Below, one piece after another: positions 26,277 to 34,241 of a DNA stretch of 51,794 bases; position 1 is the stretch's first letter, and each line of letters begins with the position of its first letter. Source of the stretch: Actinomycetota bacterium (lineage in GTDB: Bacteria; Actinomycetota; CADDZG01; JAHWKV01; JAOPZY01); contig JBOGWM010000282.1 of the NCBI GenBank assembly GCA_050693695.1, forward strand, positions 1-51,794, read 5' to 3'. A model generated the notes under the pieces. It searched no databases, had not been told where the DNA came from, and saw only the letters and a list, made by a program, of their open reading frames with translations. Made by a program: the position numbers and the translations under genes.

Positions 26277-26723
26277 CTAGATACCGGACACCTGTATCAG
26301 GATCTCTCGGTTCCGGGCCCGGTCGAACTCCACCACCATGATGCGCTGCCAGATCCCCAGGTCGAGGGAACCGGCGTTCACGGGCACACATTCGGAGCTG
26401 CGGCCCGCGAGCAGGTGTCGGATGTGAGCGTGAGCGTTCGGGGTCTCGTCCTCCTGCATGTTCTCGGTCCGCGCGTTCCAGTCGTTATGGAGGTAGGCAC
26501 CGTGCTCGGGAACGATCTCACAAAGCGCCTTGTGGATGTCGGACAGCAGTCCGGTCTCCTTCTCGTTGATCACGACTCCACAGGTGGTGTGCTTGGAGTA
26601 GACCAGTACGAATCCCTCCTCGATCCCCGAGGCGAGGAGGACCTTCTCCACGTCCGCGGTGACGTCGATCACGTCAAAGGACTTGCCGGTGGTGATCACC
26701 AGCCGTTCCCGATGGATCCTCAT
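26277..26723 (-). CDS. YjbQ/UPF0047 family (secondary thiamine-phosphate synthase-like) protein
   Basis: Internal ATG of track ORF 26277-27464 (MRIHRERLVITT...). FDVIDVTADV, VYSKHTTCGVVINE and NAHAHIRHLL are family hallmarks. Confidence 0.8.
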   Translation of the reverse strand: MRIHRERLVITTGKSFDVIDVTADVEKVLLASGIEEGFVLVYSKHTTCGVVINEKETGLLSDIHKALCEIVPEHGAYLHNDWNARTENMQEDETPNAHAHIRHLLAGRSSECVPVNAGSLDLGIWQRIMVVEFDRARNREILIQVSGI

Positions 26724-26746
26724 GGCCCCCCCCCGAGCTCCGATGG

Positions 26747-27673
26747 TCAGTCCAGACCGGCCGGGAGCGGGAAGTGGACATCCTCCTCCGCCACTCGCAC
26801 CTCCTCCACCTCGGTCACACCCCGCGTCTGGAAGAAGCGCACCACCCTCTCCACCAGCTCCTCCGGGGTGGAGGCCCCCGAGGAGACTCCGACGATCTCC
26901 GTTCCCTCGATCCATCGGAGATCGATGGCGGTCTCGTCGGCAATGAGATAGGAGCGAGCCCCGACCTCTCGCGCCACCTCGACCAGGCGATTGGAGTTGG
27001 ACGAGTTCTCGGACCCCACCACCAGGACCAGGTCCGCCCGCTCGGCCATCGCCTTGATCGCGAGCTGGCGATTCTGGCTCGCGTAACAGATATCGTCCTT
27101 CGTCGGTCCCGCGATGGACGGAAAGCGGCGACGAAGCGCCTCGATGATCTCTCGCGTATCGTCCACCGCCAGCGTGGTCTGGGTGAGAAAACCCACCCGT
27201 TCCTCTTCGGATACGTCGAGTCCCCCCACGTCCTCGGGTCGTTCGATCACCACCGTCGCCTCGGGGGCCTCCCCCGAGGTCCCCTCGACCTCCTCGTGCC
27301 CGGCGTGACCGATCAGAACGATCTTCATGCCCGCCCGAGCGAAACGCCGGGCCTCGACGTGCACCTTGGTCACCAGCGGGCAGGTGGCATCGATGACCTT
27401 CAGGCGGCGGCGGCGAGCGTTCTCGTGGACACTGGGGGCGACCCCATGAGCGGAGAGGATACACACCGACCCTTCCGGCGCCTCCTCTTCACTCTCGACA
27501 AAGACCGCTCCCTTGTCCTCCAGACCCCGTACCACATGCAGGTTGTGGACGATCTGGCGGCGCACGTAGACCGGCGGGCCGAAGCTCCCGAGGGCTCGCT
27601 CGACGATCTCGACTGCCCGATCGACGCCCGCGCACCAGCCCCGGGGAGCGGCGATCAGAAGTTTGCTCGGCAT
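26747..27673 (-). CDS. ispH: 4-hydroxy-3-methylbut-2-enyl diphosphate reductase
   Basis: PRGWCAGVDRAVEIVE, SAHGV, DATCPLVTKVH and IGHAGHEEV, with conserved Cys ligands. Confidence 0.9.
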   Translation of the reverse strand: MPSKLLIAAPRGWCAGVDRAVEIVERALGSFGPPVYVRRQIVHNLHVVRGLEDKGAVFVESEEEAPEGSVCILSAHGVAPSVHENARRRRLKVIDATCPLVTKVHVEARRFARAGMKIVLIGHAGHEEVEGTSGEAPEATVVIERPEDVGGLDVSEEERVGFLTQTTLAVDDTREIIEALRRRFPSIAGPTKDDICYASQNRQLAIKAMAERADLVLVVGSENSSNSNRLVEVAREVGARSYLIADETAIDLRWIEGTEIVGVSSGASTPEELVERVVRFFQTRGVTEVEEVRVAEEDVHFPLPAGLD

Positions 27674-27676
27674 CAG

Positions 27677-28870
27677 CTACCCCTCCGAGCTCTCCAGCTT
27701 CTCCTGCGCCACCTTGATCGCCTCTTCCATGAGGGCGTCCACCATTCGCTCCGCCCGAACCCATCCAAGTTGGCGTCCCCTCGAGAAGAGCAAACCCCTT
27801 CCCGGCCCCGCCGCCAACCCCACGTCCGCATCCCGAGCCTCCCCCGGACCATTGACCTCGCAACCCATCACCGCGACCTGAATGGGGGGAAGCTTGAGCT
27901 CTTCGAGCCTATCCAGAACCTGCTTGGTGAGTGCGAATACATCCATCTCCGCCCTCCCACAGGACGGGCATGACACCAGGTCGAAGCTGGTACGCCGCAG
28001 TCCCAGGCTCTGGAGGATCTGCTTCGCCGCCTTCACCTCCTCCACCGGGTCCGCGGTGAGCGATACCCGGATGGTGTCGCCGATCCCCTCGGCGAGCAGG
28101 GTCCCGATGCCCACGGCGGATTTGATCGTCCCCACCGGCGGGGGCCCCGCCTCGGTCACCCCCAGGTGCAGCGGATAGTCGACCCTCTCCGCCAGAAGCC
28201 GGTAGGCCCGGATCATCTGGTCCACCTTCTGATGCTTGACCGAGATCTTCAGGTCGAAGAACCCCTCCTGCTCGAGGATCCGCACTTCCTCGAGCGCGCT
28301 CTCCACCAGCGCTTCCGGCGTGGGGCCGCCGTGGCGGGCCACCAGGGCCCGCTCCAGCGAGCCCGCATTGGCGCCCACCCGGATGGGAATCTCCCGGCTG
28401 GCCGCCTCGCGGACCACCGTCCGGATCTGGGAAGCATCACGGATGTTGCCCGGATTGAGACGGAGCCCATGGACTCCCGCCTCGAGGGCCATCAAGGCCA
28501 GACGGTAAGAAAAATGGATATCGGCGATGATCGGCACCCCCGCTTCGGCCACGATGGCGGGAAGGGCGCGGGCGTCGGCCTCGTGGGGGACCGCCACGCG
28601 CACCAGATCGGCCCCCTGCGTCGCAAGGGCATGGGCCTGAATGAGCGTGGCCGAGACATCTTCGGTCTTGGTGGTGGTCATGGACTGGATGCGGATCGGA
28701 GCGTCCCCGCCGATCTCGACGTTGCCCACCCGGATCTTTCTCGACAGCCTTCGAGGGGAAGGCCCCGTGCCCCAGATGTCCATCCGAGATCGCTGCCCGC
28801 TCGGTGCTTGAGCGTGTGCTTTGAGCATCCGCTCAACGCTATCGAGGGGCTTGTTGTTTGTCAATCTCAT
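27677..28870 (-). CDS. ispG: 4-hydroxy-3-methylbut-2-en-1-yl diphosphate synthase
   Basis: IRIQSMTTTKTEDV, RVAVP, LHLGVTEAG and VSCPSCGR...MGCEVNGPGE. The start is placed at ATG 28870 (GGGGGAGG SD). The track ORF start at 29041 would overlap vapC. Confidence 0.9.
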   Translation of the reverse strand: MRLTNNKPLDSVERMLKAHAQAPSGQRSRMDIWGTGPSPRRLSRKIRVGNVEIGGDAPIRIQSMTTTKTEDVSATLIQAHALATQGADLVRVAVPHEADARALPAIVAEAGVPIIADIHFSYRLALMALEAGVHGLRLNPGNIRDASQIRTVVREAASREIPIRVGANAGSLERALVARHGGPTPEALVESALEEVRILEQEGFFDLKISVKHQKVDQMIRAYRLLAERVDYPLHLGVTEAGPPPVGTIKSAVGIGTLLAEGIGDTIRVSLTADPVEEVKAAKQILQSLGLRRTSFDLVSCPSCGRAEMDVFALTKQVLDRLEELKLPPIQVAVMGCEVNGPGEARDADVGLAAGPGRGLLFSRGRQLGWVRAERMVDALMEEAIKVAQEKLESSEG

Positions 28871-28926
28871 GCTCAGACCTCCCCCGGCTCCTAGCCAGCG
28901 AGGACGTCGGGTTAGGAGATTTCGTC

Positions 28927-29328
28927 TCAGGCGAGCGCTTCGCGAACTTGCAGTCGCGAGATGCGGGCGAGGGCGTCGAAGTCCCGGTCGTGATGCAGGA
29001 TCGTCAGGTCGTGGCGCAAGGCGCAGGCGGCGATGAGACAATCCACCGAGGAGCGTACAGTGACCCCGGCATGCCGAGCTCCCCGGTACAGATCGACCGC
29101 TTCTGAGAACACCTGCTCCCGAAGCGGCGATTCGATAACCGGAAAGGCCAGCATGGCCTCGCTGGCCAGCCGGAACGCGGGTTCATCCCGGAACCCCTGG
29201 AGCACTTCCTGAATCACCGGCAGACAGGTGACCACCTCATCGAGGTCCCCGAAAGACCCGATGTCAATGCGGCTTGGGCGGCGGAAGATTTCGATCCAGA
29301 CCGAGGTATCAACGAGCAGCACGCTCAC
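28927..29328 (-). CDS. vapC: PIN-domain ribonuclease toxin VapC
   Basis: VLLVDTSVWIE at the N-terminus (first acidic residue), and later D...E and HHDRDFD motifs. GTG start. It overlaps the preceding antitoxin gene. Confidence 0.8.
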   Translation of the reverse strand: MSVLLVDTSVWIEIFRRPSRIDIGSFGDLDEVVTCLPVIQEVLQGFRDEPAFRLASEAMLAFPVIESPLREQVFSEAVDLYRGARHAGVTVRSSVDCLIAACALRHDLTILHHDRDFDALARISRLQVREALA

Positions 29329-29545
29329 GCCCGGCGGCTAGGTGTCGGGGCTGATCCGCACGCATCCTCGATAGATCACCCTCCCAGAGCCCAGAGCCGG
29401 CAAGCTCCAGGATCCGCCCGGCTCTGGCTCGCCGCACGAAGTCTTCCAGGGCTCGGGCAACCGCCCTCGAGTATGTTCGCTCACCGCTCAGCCGAACCGC
29501 TTCCTCCAGAAGTTCCTCATCAAGCACAAGGTTTGTACGTCTCAT
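29309..29545 (-). CDS. vapB: Type II antitoxin VapB (DUF2191-like)
   Basis: MRRTNLVLDEELLEEAVRLSGERTYSRAVARALEDFVRR is typical of VapB-type antitoxins. It lies upstream of and overlaps the PIN gene. Confidence 0.75.
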   Translation of the reverse strand: MRRTNLVLDEELLEEAVRLSGERTYSRAVARALEDFVRRARAGRILELAGSGLWEGDLSRMRADQPRHLAAGRERAAR

Positions 29546-29576
29546 GTGTCTAGGGTACAGAAGGCTCCTCAGCGGG

Positions 29577-30326
29577 TCAATGGCGTCCCCTCAGCCACTG
29601 CAAATCCTCCTTGATTCGTGGCCAGGGGGTCTCGAAGATGACGACGGACGCTCCCGAGGCCGCCACCATCTCCCGGATGGCCTCGGGGTCCATCTTCCCG
29701 GCACCGATGTTGGCGTGGCGGTCGGCCCCCGTTCCCGGGAGATCGCGGGAGTCGTTGCAGTGCAGGACATCGATCGTGCCCACGATCTTGAGCACCCGCT
29801 CCACGACATCGGAAAGCTCCTCGCCCGCCGCGTGAGCATGGCAGGTATCGAAGCAGAAGCCGACCTCGAATTCCTGGAGGCGCTCCCACAGCCGCTCCAT
29901 CTGCTCGACCTTCCTCGCCACGGCGTTGTTCCCCCCGGCCGTGTTCTCGATGAGGATCGGTACCGGGAACTCGCGCTCCTCGAAGACCTTCCACCAGCGC
30001 TCCGGACCCTTGAGGGGATCATCCTCGGCGTGCCCGCCATGCACGATCACCCCGGCCGCCCCGATCCCGGCCGCGGACTGCGCCGTCTCCGCCAGCGTCT
30101 TGCGAGACGGAACCCGGATGCGGGGGGAGGGATGGCAGACGTTCAGCCGGTAGGGGGCATGGACATAGATGGGCAGCGGCGATTCACGAAGCGCCTGCGC
30201 GTCGAGCCGAGGCTTGGGCCGCTGAAAGCTCTGAGGATCCCCCAAGAACAGCTGGACCGCCTCGGCGCCGACCGAACGGGCCTCGGCCAAGGGGTCCACG
30301 CCAGCCACATGGGCGCCGATGAGCAC
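29577..30326 (-). CDS. nfo: Deoxyribonuclease IV (AP endonuclease family 2)
   Basis: IGAHV, VHAPY.LN, VVHGG, ILIENTAG, FDTCHAHAAG and LHCNDS, matching the order of the Endo IV metal-binding motifs. Confidence 0.85.
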   Translation of the reverse strand: MLIGAHVAGVDPLAEARSVGAEAVQLFLGDPQSFQRPKPRLDAQALRESPLPIYVHAPYRLNVCHPSPRIRVPSRKTLAETAQSAAGIGAAGVIVHGGHAEDDPLKGPERWWKVFEEREFPVPILIENTAGGNNAVARKVEQMERLWERLQEFEVGFCFDTCHAHAAGEELSDVVERVLKIVGTIDVLHCNDSRDLPGTGADRHANIGAGKMDPEAIREMVAASGASVVIFETPWPRIKEDLQWLRGRH

Positions 30327-30379
30327 GAGCGGAGCCTACCCTTTCTTTGGTTGGACCATGTGGTCCACGGGGTCGTGAA

Positions 30380-30757
30380 TCAGATGCGACGCAGGGGCAG
30401 GCGCGGGTCGATGTCTCGAAGGTCTTCGGGATCGCTGGTCAGCACCTGATGACCTCGCTGTCGGGCGCAGAGCACGACCGAGACGTCCACGATGTCATCG
30501 ACGCCTGCCACTCCACAGAGTTGTCCCACCGCCCGAGCTGTGTAATCGTCGAGGGGCACGACCTCTACGAGCGGCGAGGCGAGGAGCCGGACCAAGCGGG
30601 CTTGGCGGCTGCCGTCGCGCCAAACCTGAGCCAGCGCACCAGCCGGGATGGCCAGCACGTCACCGATCTCGCAGGCCCTGGCGACCACCGCCACAACATT
30701 CCGCTGGTTACGCTCAAATGCGATTAGGGCCCCCGCGTCCAGGGTCGCTCCACTCAA
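30380..30757 (-). CDS. PIN-domain toxin
   Basis: TLDAGALIAFE at the N-terminus and LTSDPEDL near the C-terminus. The TTG start overlaps the antitoxin stop (TTGA). Confidence 0.7.
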   Translation of the reverse strand: MSGATLDAGALIAFERNQRNVVAVVARACEIGDVLAIPAGALAQVWRDGSRQARLVRLLASPLVEVVPLDDYTARAVGQLCGVAGVDDIVDVSVVLCARQRGHQVLTSDPEDLRDIDPRLPLRRI

Positions 30758-30999
30758 CGGCCGAGGGCCTGGTCAGCCATGGCCCGCTCCTGATCGGTCA
30801 GCGGCCCCCCGGTCTCCGCCAGCATCTTCGAGAGCATCTCCGCCAGGTCATCAAGGGCGCCTTTTAGCAAGAGAGCCTCCGCTACATAGGCGCTCACGCT
30901 CCGCGCTCGACCTTCGGCGACCGCACGTTGGGCCTGCTCGAGCAAGAAGGGCGCCAAGCTCACGGCGATCTTGGTCTTGGCTGTCATACCGACTATCAT
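30754..30999 (-). CDS. Ribbon-helix-helix (CopG-like) antitoxin
   Basis: TKIAVSLAPFLLEQAQRAVAEGRARSVSAYVAEAL gives a beta-strand plus two helices. The ATG at 30999 overlaps the adnB TGA (ATGA). Confidence 0.7.
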   Translation of the reverse strand: MIVGMTAKTKIAVSLAPFLLEQAQRAVAEGRARSVSAYVAEALLLKGALDDLAEMLSKMLAETGGPLTDQERAMADQALGR

Positions 31000-33900
31000 A
31001 CCAAACCTCCTCCGAGCAGCGTCTCCCCGGCTTGGGGCATCTCAAGGGCGGCGGTGAGATCCGACAGGGCACGCTGGGCCTCGGCGGGCTCCAGGGTGCG
31101 GGAGTCCTGCGTGCCCGTGCTCAGATAGCAGTAGGTGACTCGCAGGGGACCCCGGAGGTCGACGCCGAGCTGGATCAGGGCGGCGGCGTAGAGCGCGAGC
31201 TGATGGATCTTGTCGAGCTCGGATGCCGAGCCGGTCTTGAAGTCGACGATCTCGAGGCCTCCATCGTCGCATTCGTAAACCGCATCCATCCGGCCTCGGA
31301 TCAGGCATCCCCCCACCTTGAGCACGAAGGGGAGCTCCGCCATGACTTCTCCGGTGTCCAGGCGGGCGAGCCTGCGCTCGCCGTATCCCAGCGACTTAAA
31401 GCCCGCCTTGATCTCTGCCAGGCGGGCGGTCTGGATCCGGGTCGCCGGGATGTCCAGGATCTCCTCGTCAGCGAGACCCATCAAAGCTCCGATACGCGCC
31501 TGTTCCTCGATCCAGCGATGCACCTCGACCCCGATCCGGCGGGACACCTCGGGCCGTGCGGGAAGGGGACGCATGAGCTCCCGGCGACTGAGCCGTCCCG
31601 CAGCCAGATCCACCGCTCGGGTGACCGACAGGGTCGCCGGCAACCCCCGTCCGGGCAAGTCGGCAGGGCGTTTTCTACCGGTTTCGGCCACCGCCGCCGC
31701 CATCCGGCGGTGCTGCTCGATCAGCGCTTCGGCGCGAGTGCGCGCGGGGGGTTCCAGGCGCGAGAGCAGCTCCTCGGCGGATAGCTCGCCGGACATCAGA
31801 GCCTCTAGGGCGACGGGATAACTCTCGGGGAAGACCGGGTCCGGGTACAGGAGGTGGGGGGGGTCGGGCGGCCAGGTGGCCCTCTCGGACAGACGAGCGA
31901 GCAACGGGTTCCGATCCGGCATCTCGGCGCCCGGGAGCACCTCGGTCTCGGGAGCGGCGGCCACCTCCTCCCAGAAGAGCGATGGGCCATGAGGTCGGCT
32001 CTGTCGCAGATACCACCAGGCAGCCGTCACATAGAGCCGCTGCTTCGCACGGGTCAAAGCGACGTAGAAGAGGCGGCGCTCATCCTCCACCGCCCGCTCT
32101 CTGAGCTCCCGACCGAACTCCGCCTTCTTCTGGGGCTGACCGTCGGGAAGCCACGGCTTCGGCAGGTGCTCGGCATCCTCACGCACGGGATAGGGGAGCT
32201 GCCCGTACGAGATCATGGGATTCGAGATCCGCTCGTCGGGAAACACCGAGCCCACCTGGTCGCCGCTCTCGTTGCGGCGAGCGGCCACCGCGGGTACGAA
32301 GACCACCTCGAACTCGAGTCCCTTGGCCTGATGCACCGTCATGAGCTTGACCGAATCGTCGGTCACGAGCGCGGCGAGCTCCATGGTTTCCTCCACCTCC
32401 TCCGCCGCATCCAGGTAGGCAAGGAAGGCCGGCAACGAGGGCTCCCCGGAGACGGGAGCGAAATTGGCGACCAGCCCAAGGAAGTTGGTGAGATTGGCCC
32501 ACCCCGAGCCGGTTCCCGCCACCACGTCGAGGGCCTCCGCGATCCCCGTCGAGGTCGCCACCTCCTGAACCAGATCGAGGAGCGGGCCCGGAGTCCGGGG
32601 GCGCAGGGCGCTCAGCTCGGCCCGAGCTTGAGCCAGTCGCCTGGCCGCCTCGGGGGCCAATCCCTCGATCTCGTCCAGGTGATCCAGCGCCTCGGTCAGC
32701 GAGTAGGCGACCTCCTCCGGATCGAGCTTGGCGCCCCTGGCGCCCCCACCCGCCCCTCCAACCGCCAGCTCCCGGTTGCGGGAGGCCGCCCAGCGGGCGA
32801 GCAGGACCAGATCCCGGTAATGCACGCGAAAGCGGGGGCCGAGAAGGATCCGGGCAAGCCACCGATTTCCCCCGGGACCGGGGTCGGCAAGGACTCGCAG
32901 CCAGGCCACGACATCCATCACCTCCGGCAACGCAAGCAGTCCTCCGAGACCGACCACCTCGACGGGGATGTTCGAAGCGCAGAGCGCATCGTAGACGGCG
33001 GCGATATGAGCCCTTCTCCGGAGAAGGATCGCGAAGTCGGACCAGCGAGCAGGGTCTCGTCCGGGTCGGGCAGGCGCGCCGTGGAGACGCTGTATCTCCT
33101 CGGCGATGTAGCTCGCCTCCTCGAGTTGGTCGCCAAGTTGCTTCACGCCCACCCAGCCCTCACCGTGGCGGGGATCGGCCGCCAGAGCCTTGCCCGGACG
33201 CCGGGCCTGCGGAATGGAGTCGATGAGCCGGTTGGCGACGTCCAGGATGCGGGCGCCGCTGCGGAAGTTCTGGGAGAGCGACAGGTAGCCGTGCGCCTTG
33301 CCCCCGGCTCTCAAGAAGTGGCGAGCGGGAAAATCGATCAGGTTAAACAGCGTGGAACCTCGCCACTGGAAGATGTTCTGGCGGGCATCCCCCACGGCGG
33401 TGAGGTTGTATCCTTCGGGCGCGAGAAGCTGCATCAGCCGCCGCTGGGCCACGTTGGTGTCCTGGTACTCGTCAAGCAGGATCGCCCGGTAGCGCTGTCG
33501 AAGATCGGCCGCCACGCTCGGGAAACGCTCCAGGATCTCGACCGCCTTCGTCACCTGGTCGCCGAAATCGATGCGCTGGGCGCGTTGCTTGGCATCCAGA
33601 TAGGCCCGAACCACTTCTGCCAGCTCGATCCGGCGGCGGGAGGTGGCGATCACCTCCTCCGAGAACCCGACGGCGTCGCGAAGGATCCGTTCGTCCTGGG
33701 TGATCACCATCTCGGGAGTGAGCAGGTGGTTGGCGCACTGATCGGCAAGGCCCAGGGCCATCCGACAGATCATAGCGACCGAGCGTGACTCGATGACGTC
33801 AAAGGCGGGGAGCCGATCAAGCTCGGACAAGAGCAGCTGCCAACGTTGGGCCTCGGAGAGCAGGCCCACTTCGGGATCCACCCCGATTCGCACCCCATGC

Positions 33901-34241
33901 TCCCGGACGAGACTGTCGGCGAAGGAGTGGTAGGTGGCGACCTGCGGCTCCTCCCGGGGACGGGGCGCCATCTCGGCGCACGCCGCCGAGATCCGGTCTT
34001 GCAGCTCTCGGGCAGCCTTGTTGGTGAAGGTGAGACCGAGGATCTGCGACGGCTGAAGGGTCTGGCCCTCGATCATCCAGACGATCCGAGCGGCCATGAC
34101 CGCGGTCTTCCCACTCCCCGCCCCGGCGATGATGGCCAGGGGGACGAGCTCGTGGGTGATCGCCTGGAACTGCTCGGAGCTCGGCTCGTGACCGCCGAAC
34201 GTGGCACGGACCGCCGGGGAGATAGAGGTCGTAGCGCTCAT
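30996..34241 (-). CDS. adnB: UvrD-like helicase / RecB-family nuclease subunit AdnB
   Basis: Walker A AGAGSGKT, UvrD motifs (LLDEYQDTN, VHQAKGLEF) and a C-terminal nuclease GRMDAVYE..GGLEIVDFKTG...QLALY. The start is placed at ATG 34241, which overlaps the adnA stop (ATGA). Confidence 0.85.
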   Translation of the reverse strand: MSATTSISPAVRATFGGHEPSSEQFQAITHELVPLAIIAGAGSGKTAVMAARIVWMIEGQTLQPSQILGLTFTNKAARELQDRISAACAEMAPRPREEPQVATYHSFADSLVREHGVRIGVDPEVGLLSEAQRWQLLLSELDRLPAFDVIESRSVAMICRMALGLADQCANHLLTPEMVITQDERILRDAVGFSEEVIATSRRRIELAEVVRAYLDAKQRAQRIDFGDQVTKAVEILERFPSVAADLRQRYRAILLDEYQDTNVAQRRLMQLLAPEGYNLTAVGDARQNIFQWRGSTLFNLIDFPARHFLRAGGKAHGYLSLSQNFRSGARILDVANRLIDSIPQARRPGKALAADPRHGEGWVGVKQLGDQLEEASYIAEEIQRLHGAPARPGRDPARWSDFAILLRRRAHIAAVYDALCASNIPVEVVGLGGLLALPEVMDVVAWLRVLADPGPGGNRWLARILLGPRFRVHYRDLVLLARWAASRNRELAVGGAGGGARGAKLDPEEVAYSLTEALDHLDEIEGLAPEAARRLAQARAELSALRPRTPGPLLDLVQEVATSTGIAEALDVVAGTGSGWANLTNFLGLVANFAPVSGEPSLPAFLAYLDAAEEVEETMELAALVTDDSVKLMTVHQAKGLEFEVVFVPAVAARRNESGDQVGSVFPDERISNPMISYGQLPYPVREDAEHLPKPWLPDGQPQKKAEFGRELRERAVEDERRLFYVALTRAKQRLYVTAAWWYLRQSRPHGPSLFWEEVAAAPETEVLPGAEMPDRNPLLARLSERATWPPDPPHLLYPDPVFPESYPVALEALMSGELSAEELLSRLEPPARTRAEALIEQHRRMAAAVAETGRKRPADLPGRGLPATLSVTRAVDLAAGRLSRRELMRPLPARPEVSRRIGVEVHRWIEEQARIGALMGLADEEILDIPATRIQTARLAEIKAGFKSLGYGERRLARLDTGEVMAELPFVLKVGGCLIRGRMDAVYECDDGGLEIVDFKTGSASELDKIHQLALYAAALIQLGVDLRGPLRVTYCYLSTGTQDSRTLEPAEAQRALSDLTAALEMPQAGETLLGGGLV

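Noticed and set aside
25170-26951. 593-aa plus-strand ORF spanning the prenyl synthase, yjbQ and ispH region
   Set aside because: It crosses three well-supported minus-strand genes and their intergenic gaps in one frame. Its composition is Gly/Arg/His/Pro-rich shadow text.
28871-29041. N-terminal extension of ispG (track start 29041)
   Set aside because: It would overlap vapC by over 100 nt and encodes Arg/Pro-rich text. The ATG at 28870 has a GGGGGAGG SD and gives a normal IspG N-terminus.
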